NCBI GenBank assembly: GCA_003554865.1
Contig: PWHJ01000089.1
Coordinates: 12,450 to 76,449, forward strand
Length of the DNA stretch: 64,000 bases
From: Bacteroidota bacterium
GTDB lineage: Bacteria; Bacteroidota; Bacteroidia; Bacteroidales; PUMT01
Direction of reading: 5' to 3'
Shown here: one piece after another, positions 60,467 to 64,000 of the stretch
Position numbering within the stretch: the first letter of the stretch is position 1
How the letters are laid out: each line of letters starts with the position of its first letter
Made by a program: the position numbers and the translations under genes
Notes under the pieces: generated by a model
What the model saw: only the letters and a program-made list of their open reading frames with translations
What the model was told of the DNA's origin: nothing
Databases searched by the model: none

Positions 60467-61144
60467 TTACCAGTAAACCGGACAATCGCCCCTTTTTTCA
60501 AAAGGTTTTATTGTAATAAAAAAACCGGCCAAAGATACCCAATCATTATTATGAATCAAAGAAGGATCGTTTTTTTGACCAAAATTCATTACTCCGTCAA
60601 TTTCATCGGATAAGAATTTTTTAAACAACCATTCTGCCCCAACGGTGATCTTTTTGGATATCCCGAATTTAAAACCTCCGCCGAAGGGAATGTTTACGTG
60701 ACTTGAAGAGATATAAGAATCCTCGGGAATGAACATGTAGGAGAACCCTCCCGTTAAATACGGACTGAATCCTTTTTTGAAAATGGTTGTTTCAAAGGGA
60801 AAAAAATTGAATTCCAGAAGGAGTGTGAAATCATAAAACCCGGATTGAAAACTTGCCCCGCGCATTTGCTGGAAGTCGTTTTCAAAATCATTGTCATCAC
60901 CTGTTATGCTGCCGTAATTCACCGATTTTCTGAGCGAATAATGATCATTGAAATTGTATTTGAACGTGCCGCCAAATGCAGGAGACAGTGAATAAAAATG
61001 CTTTCCGGGATTAATGTCGCCCAGGTAATATGAAGTTCCGGCAAAGGCACCGAATTCCATTTTTTCCCCGGCACCTTCTGTTGCCGTTGAGAGTATCAGG
61101 AAGGCAAATATGATTGATATTTTAATTTTTGCGGAAGTTACCAT
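60467..61144 (-). CDS. Small outer-membrane beta-barrel protein (DUF6089-like)
   Basis: Signal peptide, an alternating aromatic/Gly beta pattern, and a position upstream of uppS-bamA as in other Bacteroidota (from memory). Confidence 0.6.
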   Translation of the reverse strand: MVTSAKIKISIIFAFLILSTATEGAGEKMEFGAFAGTSYYLGDINPGKHFYSLSPAFGGTFKYNFNDHYSLRKSVNYGSITGDDNDFENDFQQMRGASFQSGFYDFTLLLEFNFFPFETTIFKKGFSPYLTGGFSYMFIPEDSYISSSHVNIPFGGGFKFGISKKITVGAEWLFKKFLSDEIDGVMNFGQKNDPSLIHNNDWVSLAGFFITIKPFEKRGDCPVYW

Positions 61145-61212
61145 TGAAAATAAACAATGTTTTAAAGTGGTTCATATTTTAATTCTCTCAGAGCAGGGGT
61201 GCGCGGAAAAGT

Positions 61213-61947
61213 TTACAAACCGATATCGTTGATTCTGTATATAAGATTTATTGAGGTTATGTAATATACGTCATTGTGTTTGGAAAAATCCGAAGTGAAT
61301 CCGTCTAAATAATCTGTTGTTGTGAAGCGGCCTCCTATTTCAAAACCTATGTCCAGCTCATTAGCGATGCCGAGTTTCATACCTGCACCCAAAGGCAGTG
61401 AAAGTGCTGCTTTGCCATGCTCAATGCTGCTTGCCTCACGCCTTTGTTCCAGAGCATCGTTAGGCATTGTATGATAGAAGACTCCGGCAAATCCGCAGAA
61501 CACATAAGCCGAAATTGTTGAGTAGCTTGCCATGCGGCCTCTTCTGTCAGTTCTCCTTGCCATGAAGGGCAGGTCGTTTAAAAAAAAGAACTCCAGTTTG
61601 GTCGATGGTTCAGCAAAAATAGTATTGAAAACATAGCCCCTTTCTTCATTTCGTCCGCCGTCATCGTTGCCGCTCAGCCAACCAATTGATATTCCGGTAT
61701 TAAGGGAAAAAAGGTGATGAAAATTGTATCTCAGACCGGCGGTAACGGAGGGACGTGTTTGAAGTATTTCCAAATCTCTTATTCCATAAAGGTTGTCATC
61801 GTCAGCTGTACCTCCGATATCCCCAAAATAGTTTGCCGTTCCCAGTCCGCCGTAAATTTCATATGGCGTGGCACGCCATTGCTGAGACCACAATGTGGTC
61901 ATGGTTGCTGAAAAAATTGACAATATCAGCAAAGCTTTTTTTACCAT
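61213..61947 (-). CDS. Small outer-membrane beta-barrel protein (DUF6089-like paralog)
   Basis: Signal peptide (LWSQQ). YFGDIGG and TDYLDGF motifs, with a beta-strand pattern. Confidence 0.55.
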   Translation of the reverse strand: MVKKALLILSIFSATMTTLWSQQWRATPYEIYGGLGTANYFGDIGGTADDDNLYGIRDLEILQTRPSVTAGLRYNFHHLFSLNTGISIGWLSGNDDGGRNEERGYVFNTIFAEPSTKLEFFFLNDLPFMARRTDRRGRMASYSTISAYVFCGFAGVFYHTMPNDALEQRREASSIEHGKAALSLPLGAGMKLGIANELDIGFEIGGRFTTTDYLDGFTSDFSKHNDVYYITSINLIYRINDIGL

Positions 61948-62052
61948 CCGGGTTTATTTAAATTGTAATTCAAAATTAAGCAATTATTTACATTTTTGGT
62001 ATACGAAAAGAAACGTTTAATGTTATCCTCCATTGGTTATCCTTCATGACGA

Positions 62053-62949
62053 TTAGTTGCGTTTGTCAACTCCCCACATTAGCTTGTTTCTGAGAGTGCT
62101 GTAGAAATTGTGTTTTTTAAGGTTCACCAGGTTTATGTAAAAAGGAGCTTTTTTCAGTGTAATTTTTTTGTTGTTTTCAATTTGGGCAGTATTGAAATCC
62201 ATGGACAGCAAAAAGTTGCTGTGACGTTTGTCAATTTCAAGGGTGATCTCCTTGTTGTCAGGGATAACAACGGGTCTCACCGTGAGGTTATGAGGAGCGA
62301 TAGGAGAGATTATAAAAACACCCGAATCCGGAGTTATTATCGGTCCGCCCACACTTAAAGAGTAAGCAGTTGAGCCGGTGGGAGTTGATATAATCAATCC
62401 GTCAGCCCAGTATGAGTTCAAAAATTCACCGTCCAGATAGGTGTGAATCGAGATCATCCTGGAATCATTTTTTTGAATTGTAACTTCATTTAACCCGTAG
62501 TTGAAGTCTCCGAAAACCCCTGCGGGTTCAGGCATTTGAATGAGGCCTCGTTTTTCAATCTCAAATTCTCCTTCTATAATACTTTCAACGGCATCGTTTA
62601 TTTCTTCTTTTGCAATGCTTGCAAGAAAGCCAAGCTTCCCTGTATTGATCCCGATAATTGGTATTCCTGAATTTCTTACAAGTGAGACACTCTCCAATAT
62701 TGTTCCGTCACCGCCGATTGATAATACAAAATCTGTATTCTTGTTTAAATCCCCGGAATTTGTAAATGTGCCCTGAGGAAGTGGATCGAAAAGTGCTTTA
62801 TTTTTTGTATATTTAAGAAAGGGTTCAAAAATATGCACTTCCAGTTGGTGAGACTGAAGCTTTTTAAAGAGCTCCTTTATGTTTTCTGAAAATTCATCAG
62901 AAAAGCTTCTTCCGTAAACCGCTATTGTCATTTTCTCTTTACTAGACAT
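62053..62949 (-). CDS. nadK: NAD(+) kinase
   Basis: GGDGTILES, NTGKLGFL, STPTGSTAYSLSVGGPI. Confidence 0.95.
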   Translation of the reverse strand: MSSKEKMTIAVYGRSFSDEFSENIKELFKKLQSHQLEVHIFEPFLKYTKNKALFDPLPQGTFTNSGDLNKNTDFVLSIGGDGTILESVSLVRNSGIPIIGINTGKLGFLASIAKEEINDAVESIIEGEFEIEKRGLIQMPEPAGVFGDFNYGLNEVTIQKNDSRMISIHTYLDGEFLNSYWADGLIISTPTGSTAYSLSVGGPIITPDSGVFIISPIAPHNLTVRPVVIPDNKEITLEIDKRHSNFLLSMDFNTAQIENNKKITLKKAPFYINLVNLKKHNFYSTLRNKLMWGVDKRN

Positions 62950-63607
62950 TCAGATATCTCATGAATTGTTCGTAACGGTTTTTGTAAAAACTTTCAAGCT
63001 CTTCGTCTTCCATGAAGGATGCTTTAATATTGTATTCGTAGCGGAGGAATGTTTGAATTATGGGAGAAAGATCATTTCTGTTTATTTTGAGTGTAACGTT
63101 CATTTTGGTGGTATCTTCGCTTGAGGATACATAAATGCTTAGAATTTTTGCATCATTGCTTTCGACAATCTGGGATATCTGACTTAGAGAGTAATCGGTC
63201 TGATTCATTTCAAGAACCAGTATTCCCCCCGGGTTTTTCATAGCCAGCAGGTTAGATGAATACTGGAGCAAATCGCTTTGGGTTATCAGTCCCAAGTAGT
63301 GCTTATTTTCATTCAAAACCGGGACAACTGACAGATTCAGGCGCGAGGCAATCTCAATCACTTCATATATGTGCTGATCACCGTTGACAAAAGGGCTGAA
63401 CAGGGAAAGTTTATGATTTCCTATTGGCTCGTCTATCATATTCAGGTCATAAATGTCAGAATCTGATATAAGGCCCAGAAATTCAATATTGTTGACAATG
63501 GGAAGATGAGACACCCTGAATGTTTCCATGAGCGTAAGTGCTTTGGAACCTGCATCGGATGTTCTTATCGATGGTATTAAGTCTGATATCAGATCTTTTG
63601 CCAGCAT
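62942..63607 (-). CDS. CBS domain-containing protein
   Basis: A tandem CBS pair (FRVSHLPIVNN..., NLSVVPVLNENKHYLGLITQSDLL). The ATG at 63607 is preferred. It overlaps the nadK start by 8 nt. Confidence 0.8.
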   Translation of the reverse strand: MLAKDLISDLIPSIRTSDAGSKALTLMETFRVSHLPIVNNIEFLGLISDSDIYDLNMIDEPIGNHKLSLFSPFVNGDQHIYEVIEIASRLNLSVVPVLNENKHYLGLITQSDLLQYSSNLLAMKNPGGILVLEMNQTDYSLSQISQIVESNDAKILSIYVSSSEDTTKMNVTLKINRNDLSPIIQTFLRYEYNIKASFMEDEELESFYKNRYEQFMRYLNV

Positions 63608-63636
63608 AAAACTATAAAAAATAGGTAAATTACTCT

Positions 63637-63644
63637 TATTTTTG
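63637..63644 (+). promoter_or_regulatory. Candidate -7 box TATTTTTG for pdxJ
   Basis: Matches TAnnTTTG, 35 nt upstream of the pdxJ ATG. Confidence 0.45.
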
Positions 63645-63678
63645 TAAAATCTCAAACGTTGCCATTTATTGTAATAGT

Positions 63679-64000
63679 ATGACCAGATTAAGTGTAAATA
63701 TAAATAAAATTGCAACATTAAGGAATGCAAGGGGAGGAAATATACCTGATTTACTTAAGGCTGCAGTCAGGTGTCAGGACTTCGGTGCTGAGGGCATAAC
63801 CGTTCATCCCCGGCCCGATGAAAGACACATTAGGTACAGGGATGTGATTGATCTGAGACCTCTGGTGAGAACAGAATTCAATATTGAAGGCTACCCCTCG
63901 TCACAGTTTTTGGACCTGGTACTGGATGTTGTGCCTGAGCAGGTAACATTGGTGCCCGACCCTCCCGATGCTTTGACATCCAACCAGGGCTGGGATACTA
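63679..64000 (+). CDS. pdxJ: Pyridoxine 5'-phosphate synthase (N-terminal part; continues beyond window)
   Basis: Manual translation gives [53 protein letters not shown]. Confidence 0.92.
   Translation, partial: MTRLSVNINKIATLRNARGGNIPDLLKAAVRCQDFGAEGITVHPRPDERHIRYRDVIDLRPLVRTEFNIEGYPSSQFLDLVLDVVPEQVTLVPDPPDALTSNQGWDT

Noticed and set aside
60467-61947. Two small beta-barrel genes upstream of uppS-bamA. I considered them a possible novel outer-membrane system.
   Set aside because: This looks like the conserved Bacteroidota DUF6089-type gene in its usual place before uppS, plus a paralog. It is uncharacterised but not unusual, so I listed both as features only.

Overview
This window is chromosomal core sequence of Bacteroidota type. 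I infer the phylum from four things: gene order, TAnnTTTG -7 promoter boxes, the lack of Shine-Dalgarno spacing, and a T9SS type-B sorting domain. The centre (14.8-34.4 kb, + strand) is the complete str/S10/spc/alpha ribosomal protein supercluster: rpsL-rpsG-fusA-rpsJ...rplO-secY-map-infA-rpmJ-rpsM-rpsK-rpsD-rpoA-rplQ, followed by eno. The left flank carries an ABC ATPase (partial), dnaJ-grpE, DUF4290-murA, a trio of small YtxH/holin-like membrane proteins, diaminopropionate ammonia-lyase, a UvrD-family helicase, a T9SS cargo protein, a small secreted tandem-domain protein, and a divergent EF-G paralog placed head-to-head with rpsL. The right flank carries a PP2C phosphatase convergent with a hybrid histidine kinase, hisS-hutH, an ECF sigma module, tkt, ychF, an alkaline-phosphatase-family protein, a 1032-aa protease/propeller/barrel fusion, korAB, a gamma-carbonic anhydrase and murI. 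It ends with the conserved Bacteroidota envelope cluster (three ompH, bamA, uppS, two small beta-barrels, nadK, a CBS protein) and divergent pdxJ (partial). I found no rRNA, tRNA, CRISPR array, transposase, integrase or recognisable defence island, and no convincing new multi-gene system. The most interesting signals are single-gene oddities. They are the POTRA-less Omp85-type barrel fused to an HExxH protease and a PD40 propeller; an EF-G paralog lacking the catalytic His; an alkaline-phosphatase-fold protein with apparently every metal ligand substituted; a hybrid kinase with a degenerate ATP-binding domain; and a conserved nested-hairpin repeat flanking tkt. All family assignments come from motif recognition by eye. 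No database search was run.
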